Assembly: GCA_964384885.1 (NCBI GenBank)
Contig: CAYLMR010000002.1
Coordinates: 10,137-74,136, forward strand
Length of the DNA stretch: 64,000 nucleotides
Reading direction: 5' to 3'
Source of the DNA: an uncultured Bacteroides sp.
Lineage (GTDB): Bacteria; Bacteroidota; Bacteroidia; Bacteroidales; Muribaculaceae
Position numbers and translations under genes: made by a program
Shown here: one piece after another, positions 28,158 through 37,580 of the stretch
How the letters are laid out: each line of letters opens with the position of its first letter
Position numbering within the stretch: position 1 is the first letter of the stretch
Notes under the pieces: model-generated
Seen by the model: only the letters and a program-made list of their open reading frames with translations
What the model was told of the DNA's origin: nothing
Databases searched by the model: none

Positions 28158-28240
28158 CAAGTCCTTACGTCGGCATTAACCGCGTCAAGTTCCAAGGGTA
28201 TTATCTCAGCCGCTTACCACCGGGGTTGCGGCACCCCTCT
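28158..28240 (-). ncRNA. TPP riboswitch aptamer (THI box)
   Basis: Minus strand GGGGTGC...GCTGAGATAATACCCTTGGAACTTGACGCGGTTAATGCCGACGTAAGGA upstream of thiSEGHF-tenA-thiD. Confidence 0.92.
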
Positions 28241-28279
28241 TGTTGTCGATAGTTTGGGTCGGGTTTCTGCCCGACACTG

Positions 28280-28287
28280 CAAAGATA
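28280..28287 (-). promoter_or_regulatory. -7 promoter element of the thi operon
   Basis: Minus strand TATCTTTG just upstream of the TPP aptamer. Confidence 0.6.
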
Positions 28288-28347
28288 TAAAAAAAATGGA
28301 TAGGGTTATTAAAAATCACAAAAAAACAATCATTGCGGCTTGATAAA

Positions 28348-28379
28348 TTTGTTAAATGAAAAAGTTTTGCCTAATTTTG
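28348..28379 (+). promoter_or_regulatory. Promoter of the aromatic amino acid operon
   Basis: TTTG-N20-TAATTTTG. Confidence 0.7.
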
Positions 28380-28436
28380 TAGCCGATCAGCCGAAGCATG
28401 CCGCCGAGGCTGCAAAATAAATTATCAACCAACACG

Positions 28437-28526
28437 ATGACCCGATTTTACGCATATTATTATTCAACCCGATTTTTTTGCTACCGATTTGCAGAAGGCG
28501 GGATTTTCCGGGAGTTGCCCGGCTGA
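28437..28526 (+). CDS. Phe/Tyr-rich attenuator leader peptide (29 aa)
   Basis: MTRFYAYYYSTRFFCYRFAEGGIFRELPG*, 5 Phe + 5 Tyr, directly upstream of pheA. Confidence 0.8.
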   Translation: MTRFYAYYYSTRFFCYRFAEGGIFRELPG

Positions 28527-28609
28527 GTAGTGTGTGTGCGCAAAACATCGGCTGAAAACTCGAAATCAGTCAGACCAAAAGTCAATCTGATAAAAAAAGA
28601 CTCGGAACT

Positions 28610-28651
28610 TCCCGCCGGCTCAATCCCAAAAGCGAGCACCGACGGGATTTT
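28610..28651 (+). terminator. Attenuator terminator upstream of pheA
   Basis: TCCCGCCGGCTC...GAGCACCGACGGGA-TTTT; the 5' arm can pair alternatively with GGCGGGATTTTCCG (28497-28510) inside the leader ORF. Confidence 0.65.
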
Positions 28652-28653
28652 CT

Positions 28654-29529
28654 ATGAATAAACTTATGAGCAACACTTCAACCAAAAGAGTCACGATTCA
28701 AGGTGTGGCCGGCTGCTTTCACGATGCGGCCGCAAGAGCATATTTCGCTCCCGAGGAGATCGAAACAGTGGCCTGTGAGTCATTTCCGGCCATGTTTGAG
28801 ACTCTCGACAGCGACGCCTCGCTGCTCGGTGTCCTCGCTATCGAAAACACTATTGCCGGCTCACTGCTCCAGAATCACGAGCTGCTGCGCAAGAGCAATC
28901 TCACCGTCGTGGGAGAATATAAGATGAGAATATCTCATGTATTGGCCGCCTTGCCGGGTCAGTCGCTCGAAGATATAACCGAGGCCGGCTCCCACCCCAT
29001 GGCGCTGATGCAGTGTGAGAACTTCCTCCACCATCACCCCAATCTCAAGAAGGTGGAGAAGCTCGACACCGCCGGCACCGCCGCCGAGATAGCCTCCGAA
29101 AAAATCAAGGGCATGGCTGCGATATGCGGCGAATATGCCGCCAACCTCTACGGCCTCGACATTCTTGCGCGGGGCATCGAGACCAACAAGCGCAACTTCA
29201 CGCGTTTTCTCATACTGGCCGACCCTCTGCTGGCCGACGAGCTCCGTCCCCGCGCCGAGGAGCGCGACAAGGCTTCGGTGGCGTTTACGCTTCCCCACAC
29301 CCACGGTGCGCTCGCCAAGGTGCTGACCATACTGTCGTTCTATGACATCAACCTGTCGAAGATACAGTCAATGCCTATCATAGGGCGCGAGTGGGAATAC
29401 CGGTTCTATGTCGACCTGACTTTCGACAGCTATGTGCGCTACCGTCAGGCCATCGACGCCGTCAAGCCGCTCATCAACGATTTTAAAACTCTGGGAGAAT
29501 ATAAAGATTGTCAAAATGAAAACCTCTGA
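28654..29529 (+). CDS. pheA: Prephenate dehydratase (with ACT domain)
   Basis: IQG..G.FH..AA, AIENTIAGS, SHPMALMQC, NFTRFL, NLSKIQSMP; the start may be 28666. Confidence 0.93.
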   Translation: MNKLMSNTSTKRVTIQGVAGCFHDAAARAYFAPEEIETVACESFPAMFETLDSDASLLGVLAIENTIAGSLLQNHELLRKSNLTVVGEYKMRISHVLAALPGQSLEDITEAGSHPMALMQCENFLHHHPNLKKVEKLDTAGTAAEIASEKIKGMAAICGEYAANLYGLDILARGIETNKRNFTRFLILADPLLADELRPRAEERDKASVAFTLPHTHGALAKVLTILSFYDINLSKIQSMPIIGREWEYRFYVDLTFDSYVRYRQAIDAVKPLINDFKTLGEYKDCQNENL

Positions 29530-30709
29530 TTCGTTTCACACCTCCATCCAACCGGCCCGCAGGGTAGCTGAGGTAAAGGAATATTATTTCTCGCGCAAAC
29601 TCCGCGAAGTTGCCGAGCTCAACCGCCGTGGCTATGACATCATCTCGCTCGGCATAGGAGGGCCCGACCGTCCTCCCCACCGCGACGTGATAGCCGCGCT
29701 CTGTGAAGATGCCTCGCGCCCCGACTCCCATTCCTATCAGCCCTATGTGGGCGTGGCTCAGCTGCGTCAGGCTTATGCCGACTGGTATAAGCGCATCTAT
29801 GGCGTGACCCTCGACCCCGCCACAGAGGTGCAGCCGCTCATCGGCTCGAAGGAGGGAATATTGCACATTTCGCTCGCTTTTCTCAATCCCGGCGACGGAG
29901 TGCTCGTGCCCAATCCCGGCTATCCCACCTATACTTCGGTGAGCCGTCTTGCCGAAGCGGAGATTTTCAACTATGACCTCACTGCCGAAACCGGCTGGAT
30001 GCCCGACTTCGAGGCGCTCGAAAAGCTGCCTCTCGACCGCATAAAGCTGATGTGGGTCAACTATCCCCACATGCCCACGGGCACTCCAGCCAATCTCGAG
30101 CTGTTTGAAAAGATCGTGGCTTTCGGCAAGAAACACAACATAGTCATTGCCCACGACAATCCCTATTCGTTTATTCTCAATCCCGAGCCGCTGAGCCTGC
30201 TGCAGGTTGAGGGCGCCAAGGATATCGCCATAGAGCTCAATTCGCTCAGCAAGAGCCACAACATGGCGGGATGGCGCATGGCCATGCTTGCCTCAAACGC
30301 TCAGTTTGTGGAGTGGGTGCTCAAGGTGAAGAGCAATATCGACTCGGGCCAGTTCCGCCCCATGCAGCTCGCCGCCGTCAAGGCTCTGGAGCTTCCCGCC
30401 GAGTGGTATGAGGAGCTCAACGAAGAATATTCACGCCGCCGCAAGGTGGCCGAGCGCATAATGGAAGCCCTCGGTTGTACCTTCGACCCGAAGCAGAGAG
30501 GCCTCTTCCTGTGGGGACGCGTGGCCGACAGCGAGACCTCGGGCGAGGCATTGGCCGACAAGGTGCTCAACGAGGCACGGGTGTTTATCACTCCCGGATT
30601 TATCTTCGGCTCAAACGGCGACCGATATGTGAGAATATCGCTCTGCGCCACCGAGCAGAACATGCTCCGCGCCCTTGAGCGCATCAGCGAGGCTTTTCCC
30701 CGCAAATGA
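29516..30709 (+). CDS. PLP-dependent class I/II aminotransferase (probably aromatic amino acid)
   Basis: Start MKTSDS; LGIGGPD, PNPGYPTY, NYPHMPTG, NSLSKSHNMAGWR. Confidence 0.9.
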   Translation: MKTSDSFHTSIQPARRVAEVKEYYFSRKLREVAELNRRGYDIISLGIGGPDRPPHRDVIAALCEDASRPDSHSYQPYVGVAQLRQAYADWYKRIYGVTLDPATEVQPLIGSKEGILHISLAFLNPGDGVLVPNPGYPTYTSVSRLAEAEIFNYDLTAETGWMPDFEALEKLPLDRIKLMWVNYPHMPTGTPANLELFEKIVAFGKKHNIVIAHDNPYSFILNPEPLSLLQVEGAKDIAIELNSLSKSHNMAGWRMAMLASNAQFVEWVLKVKSNIDSGQFRPMQLAAVKALELPAEWYEELNEEYSRRRKVAERIMEALGCTFDPKQRGLFLWGRVADSETSGEALADKVLNEARVFITPGFIFGSNGDRYVRISLCATEQNMLRALERISEAFPRK

Positions 30710-30739
30710 ATCATTAGAAATCAACAACCAACTCAGAAT

Positions 30740-31816
30740 ATGAAAGATCTCCAACCCATAGTGCTCGAAGGGGTCAGCACTCAGGAACCCCTTATCATCG
30801 CAGGTCCTTGCTCGGCCGAAACCGAGGAGCAGGTGCTCGAAACCGCCCGTCAGCTCGCCGACTACGGCATAAAGATTTTCCGCGCCGGAATATGGAAGCC
30901 GCGCACCAAGCCGGGAGGCTTTGAGGGCGTGGGCGCCCCCGGCCTTGAATGGCTCAAGAAGGTGAAACAGCTTACCGGCATGTATACGGCCACCGAGGTC
31001 GCCACCCGTCAGCATGTCGAGGAGGCTCTCGCCGCCGGAGTGGATATACTCTGGATAGGAGCGCGCACAACCGCCAACCCTTTCGCCATGCAGGAAATAG
31101 CCGATACCCTCGCCGAGCTCAAGGCCGATGTGCCCGTATTGGTCAAAAATCCCGTCAACCCCGACCTCGAGCTGTGGATAGGCGGTTTGCAGCGTCTCTA
31201 TAACGCCGGTGTGCGCAAGCTCGGCGCCATTCACCGAGGCTTCTCAACCTATGGCAAGCATCTCTACCGCAACATGCCCCAGTGGCATATACCTATCGAG
31301 CTGCGTCTGCGCTATCCCGGGCTCCCCATTATCTGCGACCCCTCACACATCGGCGGCAAGCGCGAACTCATAGCCCCGCTGTCGCAGCAGGCTCTCGACA
31401 TGGGTTTCAACGGCCTCATCATCGAGTCGCACACATGCCCCGACTGCGCATGGAGCGACGCCGCCCAGCAGGTCACTCCCGAGATTCTCAACTTCATTCT
31501 CAACACCCTCGTGGTGCGCGACTCCAAGCAGTCGACCGAAAACCTCAGCCTGCTCCGTCAGCAGATCGACCATATTGATAACGAGCTGCTTGAAGTGCTT
31601 GCCAAGCGCATGAGAGTGTCGCGCGAGATAGGCCGATATAAGAAAGAGCACAAGATGTCGGTGGTGCAGGCCACCCGCTATAACGACGTGATGCGCACCC
31701 GCCTGAAAATCGGCGAGGAGATGTCGATGTCGCCCGAATTTTTGAGAACTGTGCTTCTTGCCATCCACGAGGAGTCGGTGAGACAGCAGATTGAGGTGCT
31801 CAACGACCGAGTTTAA
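30740..31816 (+). CDS. Bifunctional DAHP synthase (type Ibeta) / chorismate mutase
   Basis: IAGPCSAE, WKPRT, WIGART, ICDPSH; C-terminal LRQQID.ID.ELL..L..RM chorismate mutase domain. Confidence 0.93.
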   Translation: MKDLQPIVLEGVSTQEPLIIAGPCSAETEEQVLETARQLADYGIKIFRAGIWKPRTKPGGFEGVGAPGLEWLKKVKQLTGMYTATEVATRQHVEEALAAGVDILWIGARTTANPFAMQEIADTLAELKADVPVLVKNPVNPDLELWIGGLQRLYNAGVRKLGAIHRGFSTYGKHLYRNMPQWHIPIELRLRYPGLPIICDPSHIGGKRELIAPLSQQALDMGFNGLIIESHTCPDCAWSDAAQQVTPEILNFILNTLVVRDSKQSTENLSLLRQQIDHIDNELLEVLAKRMRVSREIGRYKKEHKMSVVQATRYNDVMRTRLKIGEEMSMSPEFLRTVLLAIHEESVRQQIEVLNDRV

Positions 31817-31836
31817 TCTTTCAGATTGATAAGAAG

Positions 31837-32610
31837 ATGAAGATACTTATATTGGGAGCCGGCAAGATGGGCTCGTTTTTCTGCGACCTGCTGTCGTTTG
31901 ACCATGATGTGGCGGTCTATGATCCCGACCCCATGCGCCTGAGATTTACCTTCAACGCGCGCCGCTTTACCACCACCGACGAAATCGCCGAATTTGCCCC
32001 CGAGCTGGTTATCAATGCCGCCACGGTGAAATATACCATTCCCGCTTTCGAGAATATCCTTCCCTATATCCCCGCCAACACCATTCTGAGCGACATCGCT
32101 TCGGTAAAGACAGGACTGCCTGAGTTTTATGCCTCATGCAACCACCCCTTTGTGTCGACCCATCCCATGTTTGGCCCCACTTTCGCCTCGCTGAGCAACC
32201 TCACCAACGAAAACGCCATCATCATCAAGGAGGGTGACCATCTCGGAAGAGTGTTTTTCAAGGACCTCTACGGGCGCCTGGGGCTTCATATCGAGGAATA
32301 TACCTTCGACGAGCATGACACCACGATAGCCTATTCGCTGTCGATTCCCTTTGCGTCGACTTTGGTGTTTGCCGGCGTGATGCGCCACCAGGATGCACCC
32401 GGCACCACTTTCAAGCGCCACATGGCGATTGCCAAAGGCCTGATGTCGGAGGATGATTACCTGCTGAGCGAAATTCTTTTCAACCCCAAGACACTTCCTC
32501 AGCTCGAGAAAATCAGAACCAAGCTCGCCGAGCTTCAGGAGATAGTGGAGAGCCGCGACTCGGAGGCTATGAAACAATATCTCGACAAGGTGAGGAAAAA
32601 CCTCGAATAA
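31837..32610 (+). CDS. tyrA: Prephenate dehydrogenase
   Basis: ILGAGKMG, DIASVK, STHPMFGP, EHD. Confidence 0.9.
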   Translation: MKILILGAGKMGSFFCDLLSFDHDVAVYDPDPMRLRFTFNARRFTTTDEIAEFAPELVINAATVKYTIPAFENILPYIPANTILSDIASVKTGLPEFYASCNHPFVSTHPMFGPTFASLSNLTNENAIIIKEGDHLGRVFFKDLYGRLGLHIEEYTFDEHDTTIAYSLSIPFASTLVFAGVMRHQDAPGTTFKRHMAIAKGLMSEDDYLLSEILFNPKTLPQLEKIRTKLAELQEIVESRDSEAMKQYLDKVRKNLE

Positions 32611-32646
32611 TCACACTCTCAATTCCCGATCCGCGAAAGGTTATTT

Positions 32647-35166
32647 ATGGCCCAACAGGAGAATAACAGTCAGCTCTATGCCGAGGTGCTTTTGCCGTTG
32701 CCTCTCAAAAGCGGTTTCACCTATTCCGTGCCCCCCGCCATGTCGAGCGCGCTCAAGATAGGTAGTCGCGTGATTGTGGGCTTCGGCAAAAAAAAGTTCT
32801 ACACCGGCATTGTGTCAAATCTCTCTACGGTGGCGCCTCCCTCCTCGGTTGAGGTCAAGCCTATCGAGAAGATACTCGACGATTATTCGATAATCCGCCG
32901 CCCGCAGCTGCAGTTCTGGCAGTGGGTGGCCGACTATTATTTCTGTTCGCCGGGCGAGGTGATGAAAGCCGCTTTGCCGGGAGGCCTGAAAATCGAGAGC
33001 GAATCGTTTGTGTCGCCCGTAGAGGATTTTGAGGAGAGCCCCGACATGCCGTTGTCGGAGAGGGAGCTGATTATTCTCGCCACCCTCAACAGCGCCGACC
33101 GCAAGATGACGGTCGACGACCTGGGGCGTCTCACCGGCTTTACCTCGATCAACGCCCTGGTGTCGAAGCTTGTCGACAAAGGCGCCGTGGCGGTGGCCGA
33201 GAAACTTGTGGAGCGCTATCACTCCCGCAAAATCTCGTTTGTGAAACTCGCCGCCGACCCGGAGGGGGATATGGCCGCTGCCGTAGCCAACGCATTTGCC
33301 GCCGTAAAGGGAGCGCCCAAACAGGAAACCGCCCTGCTGGCTCTCGTAGAGATGTCGGGCCTCAACCGCCGCGACTCCTCTCCGCGCGAGGTGACCCGTC
33401 AGGAGCTGCTTCAGCGCACCGGGCTGTTGCCCTCGGTGCTCGCCGCCATGCAGAAAAAGGGAGTCATTGAAATCTACCGCAAGGAGGTGAGCCGCTTTGA
33501 TTTCGAGGGGTTGGTTGAACACTCCCTGCCGGTGCTCAGCGAGGCGCAGGGAAAAGCCTTGCGCGAGATTCACGAGTCGTGGCAGGAGAAAGATGTGACC
33601 CTGCTCCACGGCGTAACCTCGAGCGGCAAGACCGAAATCTATATCCACCTCATCGACTATGTGATGTCGATGGGTAGGCAGGCCCTCTATCTGGTGCCGG
33701 AAATTGCGCTGACAACCCAGCTCACGCGCCGGTTGCAGCGTGTGTTCGGCAACAAGGTCATAATCTATCACTCAAAGTTTTCCGACAACGAGCGGGTGGA
33801 GCTGTGGCGCAAGCTGCTCCATAGTTCCGAGCCTTGTGTGGTGATCGGCGCCCGCAGCTCGCTCTTTCTCCCCTTTGCCGATCTCGGACTGGTGATTGTC
33901 GACGAGGAGCATGATTCCTCCTACAAGCAGCAAGACCCCGCCCCGCGCTATAACGCCCGCGACGCCGCCATGGTGCTGGCGAGAATGCATGGCGGAAAAA
34001 CATTGCTCGGCAGCGCCACTCCCGCTGTCGATACCTATTACAAAGCCACCGAGGGGGAAAAATTCGGCCTCGTGACCCTGAGCGAGCGCTATGCCGGCGC
34101 AACCCTTCCCCCCATTGAGCTTGTCGACCTCACCCGCGCGCGCCTGAAAGGGGAGCTTAAAGGAGCCTTTGCCACCCGCACCCTTGAGTCGGCTCACAGA
34201 AGCGTGGCTGCCGGCAAGCAGGTGATTTTCTTCCTCAACCGTCGCGGATATGCTCCCGTGGCGGTGTGCCGTCAATGTGCATGGACTCCCAAATGTGAGA
34301 ACTGTGATGTGGCCCTCACCTACCACCGTCATGACGACGCCTTGGTGTGTCACTATTGTGGCGCTCACTATCCGTTGCCGTCGGTTTGCCCCGCCTGCAA
34401 GAGCCCCGCTGTCGAGGTGGCCGGCTATGGCACCGAGCGCGTGGAAGATGAGATAGAGCAGAATTTTCCCGACAGCCGCATTGCGCGCATGGACCTCGAT
34501 TCGACCCGCAACAAGGATGCCCTCCAGTCGATAGTCGATGAGTTCTCAAAAGGGGAGAAGCAGATTCTCATAGGCACTCAGATGGTGACCAAGGGCCTTG
34601 ACTTCGCCAATGTGAGCATGGTTACGGTGGTCAATGCCGACGCCGTGTTGTCGCAGCCCGACTATCGCGCCAACGAGCGCGGTTTCAATATGCTGGAACA
34701 GGTGGCCGGCCGCGCGGGTCGCCGCCCGGGGTCTGACACATCGCCCGAGGTGGTGGTCCAGACCCGTCGCCCCGATCATCCCGTCTTTCCTTTCCTACTT
34801 GCTCACGACTATGCGGGATTTTATAACATGGAGCTGGATCAGCGCCGCCAATATATCTATCCACCTTTCGTGAGACTGGTTTATATCTTCGTGAAGCATC
34901 GCGATCCGCGCCATGCCGACGACTATGCCTCGGCTTTTGCCCGCGAGTTGAGAAATATTCTCGGCAACAGGGTTTTCGGCCCCGAGGAGCCGTGGGTGGC
35001 GAGGGTGAAGCAGCTCTACATACGCAAGCTGATGCTTAAGATCGAGCCCTCGATAAGGATGTCAAAAATACGCGAAGCTCTCGAGGCTATTGCTCTCAAG
35101 CTCCGCGTATCGGGTCGTGCGTCGGCCAAAGGGGTGATGATCAGCTATGATGTCGACCCCCTCTGA
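32647..35166 (+). CDS. priA: Primosomal protein N' (replication restart helicase)
   Basis: GVTSSGKTE, LVPEIALT, VDEEHD, LGSATP, four CxxC pairs, GTQMVTKGLDF, QVAGRAGR, C-terminal DVDP. Confidence 0.97.
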   Translation: MAQQENNSQLYAEVLLPLPLKSGFTYSVPPAMSSALKIGSRVIVGFGKKKFYTGIVSNLSTVAPPSSVEVKPIEKILDDYSIIRRPQLQFWQWVADYYFCSPGEVMKAALPGGLKIESESFVSPVEDFEESPDMPLSERELIILATLNSADRKMTVDDLGRLTGFTSINALVSKLVDKGAVAVAEKLVERYHSRKISFVKLAADPEGDMAAAVANAFAAVKGAPKQETALLALVEMSGLNRRDSSPREVTRQELLQRTGLLPSVLAAMQKKGVIEIYRKEVSRFDFEGLVEHSLPVLSEAQGKALREIHESWQEKDVTLLHGVTSSGKTEIYIHLIDYVMSMGRQALYLVPEIALTTQLTRRLQRVFGNKVIIYHSKFSDNERVELWRKLLHSSEPCVVIGARSSLFLPFADLGLVIVDEEHDSSYKQQDPAPRYNARDAAMVLARMHGGKTLLGSATPAVDTYYKATEGEKFGLVTLSERYAGATLPPIELVDLTRARLKGELKGAFATRTLESAHRSVAAGKQVIFFLNRRGYAPVAVCRQCAWTPKCENCDVALTYHRHDDALVCHYCGAHYPLPSVCPACKSPAVEVAGYGTERVEDEIEQNFPDSRIARMDLDSTRNKDALQSIVDEFSKGEKQILIGTQMVTKGLDFANVSMVTVVNADAVLSQPDYRANERGFNMLEQVAGRAGRRPGSDTSPEVVVQTRRPDHPVFPFLLAHDYAGFYNMELDQRRQYIYPPFVRLVYIFVKHRDPRHADDYASAFARELRNILGNRVFGPEEPWVARVKQLYIRKLMLKIEPSIRMSKIREALEAIALKLRVSGRASAKGVMISYDVDPL

Positions 35167-35176
35167 CCCTTTTTGA

Positions 35177-35608
35177 TTAATCCTGGGGGAGTGTCAGGGC
35201 TCGTGTGGCTTCGAGCAGGGGGAGATTGGTCTCGGTGGGGATGTAGATCACCGTTTTGTTGTTGAGGTCTGACTGTTGTCTCACCCAGAGATACTGAATG
35301 TAGGTGGGAGTCAGCGAGCCGTTTTCGATTCGGATAGCCTCAGCGGCACCCTTAGCGCGCTCCACCTCGGCCTGGGCGTTGAGCTTTTCGGCCTCGAGAT
35401 TGGCCTTAGCCTCCTCGATTTTGATTTTGCGGTTTTGCTCGGCCTTGGCAAACTCGGCTTTGCCCTCCATTTCCTGTGACCACACGTTATACCATGGGCG
35501 TATAAATGCCATCGCGATGATGATTACCACAATGGCGACCACGCCCCATACTACGCCCTTCAACATTCCGGGCCCGAGATTGATGTTGTTTTGATTGTTT
35601 TGATACAT
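35177..35608 (-). CDS. Small single-TM protein resembling the coiled-coil/C-terminal part of SPFH (band 7/prohibitin) proteins
   Basis: One TM helix, EA-rich coiled coil (KAEFAKAEQ...AEVERAKGAAEA), YIQYLW, VIYIPTE..LP.LEA. Confidence 0.6.
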   Translation of the reverse strand: MYQNNQNNINLGPGMLKGVVWGVVAIVVIIIAMAFIRPWYNVWSQEMEGKAEFAKAEQNRKIKIEEAKANLEAEKLNAQAEVERAKGAAEAIRIENGSLTPTYIQYLWVRQQSDLNNKTVIYIPTETNLPLLEATRALTLPQD

Positions 35609-35645
35609 ATCGTTGAGATTGGTTAATATGATGTTGAATTGAGTG

Positions 35646-36371
35646 TTAATCAGGCAGGTTTGACAGGCAGTAATCTATATCGGCGTCACTTAATCCTTTT
35701 TGTCTCATTCTTTCGGCAATAGATGAAATCTTTTCACGGTATCTTTTTTCGGCGGTGTCTTTCTCCATGAAGAGCTTGTCGGAAAGACCTTTGATTGCAT
35801 TCAACAATCGGGTGCGTCCTTCTTGGGTGGAGATGTCGATGCCACAAAACGGAGAGCATTTTCTATGAAGATTCAGGTAGTAGATACCGGCTATAAGAAG
35901 TGCTGAAATTGCCACAAAGTCTATATCGCTGTCGCTAAACTGACTTTCATAGATTCCTGTGAGGGGAAGCGTCTGTATTTCGCGATTCATGGCAGAACGC
36001 TTTGTGATGGTATTTGCATCGTTAACTTCCCAACGAAGCAGCTCCAGCATTATGGAATCTTCTTTCAGACATTCAAATAAGTTGGCAAATATTTCTACAT
36101 ACCTCTCTTTATTATAAGCTTTGTCATGTGACATTTTGAGCATATCGCCGAACCAATAGTCATATTCTCTGACAAACCAATCATAGAATTCCTCCAGATT
36201 CCTATATCTCGTATAGAAAGTTATGGGTTCGATCTTTGCATTCTTGATTATGTCAAGAACGGTCATTCCTGAAAATCCTTTTTTCAGAATGATGTTTTTG
36301 GCCGCTTGTTTTATGCTGTTTTCTATATCAGCCTTTGAGCGACGGTATCTTTTGGGCTTGTTTTCTTCCAT
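35646..36371 (-). CDS. TetR/AcrR-family transcriptional regulator
   Basis: Start MEENKP; AAK.II.K.GF....V..I...AKI....FY.RY..L HTH; C-terminal ELLRWE, SALLIAGIYYL, FCGID typical of Bacteroidetes TetR proteins. Confidence 0.85.
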   Translation of the reverse strand: MEENKPKRYRRSKADIENSIKQAAKNIILKKGFSGMTVLDIIKNAKIEPITFYTRYRNLEEFYDWFVREYDYWFGDMLKMSHDKAYNKERYVEIFANLFECLKEDSIMLELLRWEVNDANTITKRSAMNREIQTLPLTGIYESQFSDSDIDFVAISALLIAGIYYLNLHRKCSPFCGIDISTQEGRTRLLNAIKGLSDKLFMEKDTAEKRYREKISSIAERMRQKGLSDADIDYCLSNLPD

Positions 36372-36497
36372 TTTCCGGGGTGATGTATCAGGAGTCGATG
36401 ACAATTCAGATTACAAAGATACCTCTTTTTTGCTTCATTTCAAATACCGGCTGTCGGCTAAGAAATCCCTTTATAATTAATGTGTACGGAGAAATGT

Positions 36498-36560
36498 AAC
36501 TATAAAATTAGTTAAAACTAAAATATTAGTTGCATTTATACATAAGAGTATGTATATTTG
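36498..36560 (+). promoter_or_regulatory. GLPGLI promoter with two palindromic operator candidates
   Basis: AACTA-N6-TAGTT at 36498-36513 and 36516-36531; -7 box TATATTTG at 36553-36560. Confidence 0.55.
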
Positions 36561-36654
36561 CGGCGGAGTTACATAATGGCCATTGTGATTCTCAGGCTTG
36601 GCTATAGGCCGAAGCCTTGACAACAGGATTATTCACAATTAAAAAACCATCAAA

Positions 36655-37521
36655 ATGAAGAAAGCAATCATTATCTTAGGTCTGCTCGTGAGTGTTTGCG
36701 GAGCAATTCAGGCACAACCCAAGCAGAATGGCCGTGTGCCAAGTCGTGAGAAACGCGGTTATGATCAGCGTTTTCCAATCGATACTGCCGTCGTGAGGGT
36801 TCTCTATGCTCTTAATGCCGCAGATATCAAGGATGAAAATACCTACATTGATCTCGGCAAGCTGGAAGTAGGCAAAAAAGTGCGAAAATACAGCAGCGAA
36901 TTTTTAGAGCGGTCTGACCGTCAGGCCATAAAATGGAAAAAGGAAAGCGGTCATACTGACAGGGTGCCCAAAAGTTTCTGGATGGGAGGTCCCAAAGAGC
37001 GCGTGGAGAATTGGAGCGAACTGGTGTTTTCAGATTATATTATTCGCGATAACGAGCTTACCGAATATTCATGTATGCCAAACTGGTGTGAGCATGACAA
37101 CGGTCGCTACATAGAGGAGTGGCCGCTGATGAAATGGACATTAAGCGCAGAAACAGATTCAATTCTCGGATATAAATGTCAGAAAGCTACATGCCGTTTT
37201 CGTGGCCGCGATTTTGAAGCATGGTTTACTGCCGATATTCCCGTTAACGGTGGGCCGTGGAAATTCGGCGGACTTCCCGGCTGTATACTTAAGGTTTACG
37301 ACACCAATAATCTTTATGTCTGGGAGGCTGTGGCTATTGAAAACGGCACATTCCCCATCACTCAGTCTCCTGAGAAATACTTTCCGAAGGCAAGCCGTGA
37401 CCGTATTTATAAGCTCCAGAAGCGCTATAACGAGGATTACTGGAATGCTATAGGCTGGATGAGTCTCGAAGGAAACGAAACTCCCGGCAAGACCAAATTC
37501 GAGCCTCTGGAACTCGAATAA
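36655..37521 (+). CDS. GLPGLI family exported protein
   Basis: ILGYKCQKAT..FRGR...AWFT.DIP...GPWKFGGLPGCIL, C-terminal PLELE. Confidence 0.92.
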   Translation: MKKAIIILGLLVSVCGAIQAQPKQNGRVPSREKRGYDQRFPIDTAVVRVLYALNAADIKDENTYIDLGKLEVGKKVRKYSSEFLERSDRQAIKWKKESGHTDRVPKSFWMGGPKERVENWSELVFSDYIIRDNELTEYSCMPNWCEHDNGRYIEEWPLMKWTLSAETDSILGYKCQKATCRFRGRDFEAWFTADIPVNGGPWKFGGLPGCILKVYDTNNLYVWEAVAIENGTFPITQSPEKYFPKASRDRIYKLQKRYNEDYWNAIGWMSLEGNETPGKTKFEPLELE

Positions 37522-37580
37522 AAACTTGAATCCTTACTAACCGTATGATCATCCGGAAACTTTATGATAAAGCAATTACA

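Noticed and set aside
28011-28160. N-terminal extension of ThiS (116-aa ORF)
   Set aside because: It covers the riboswitch expression platform; ThiS starts at 28010.
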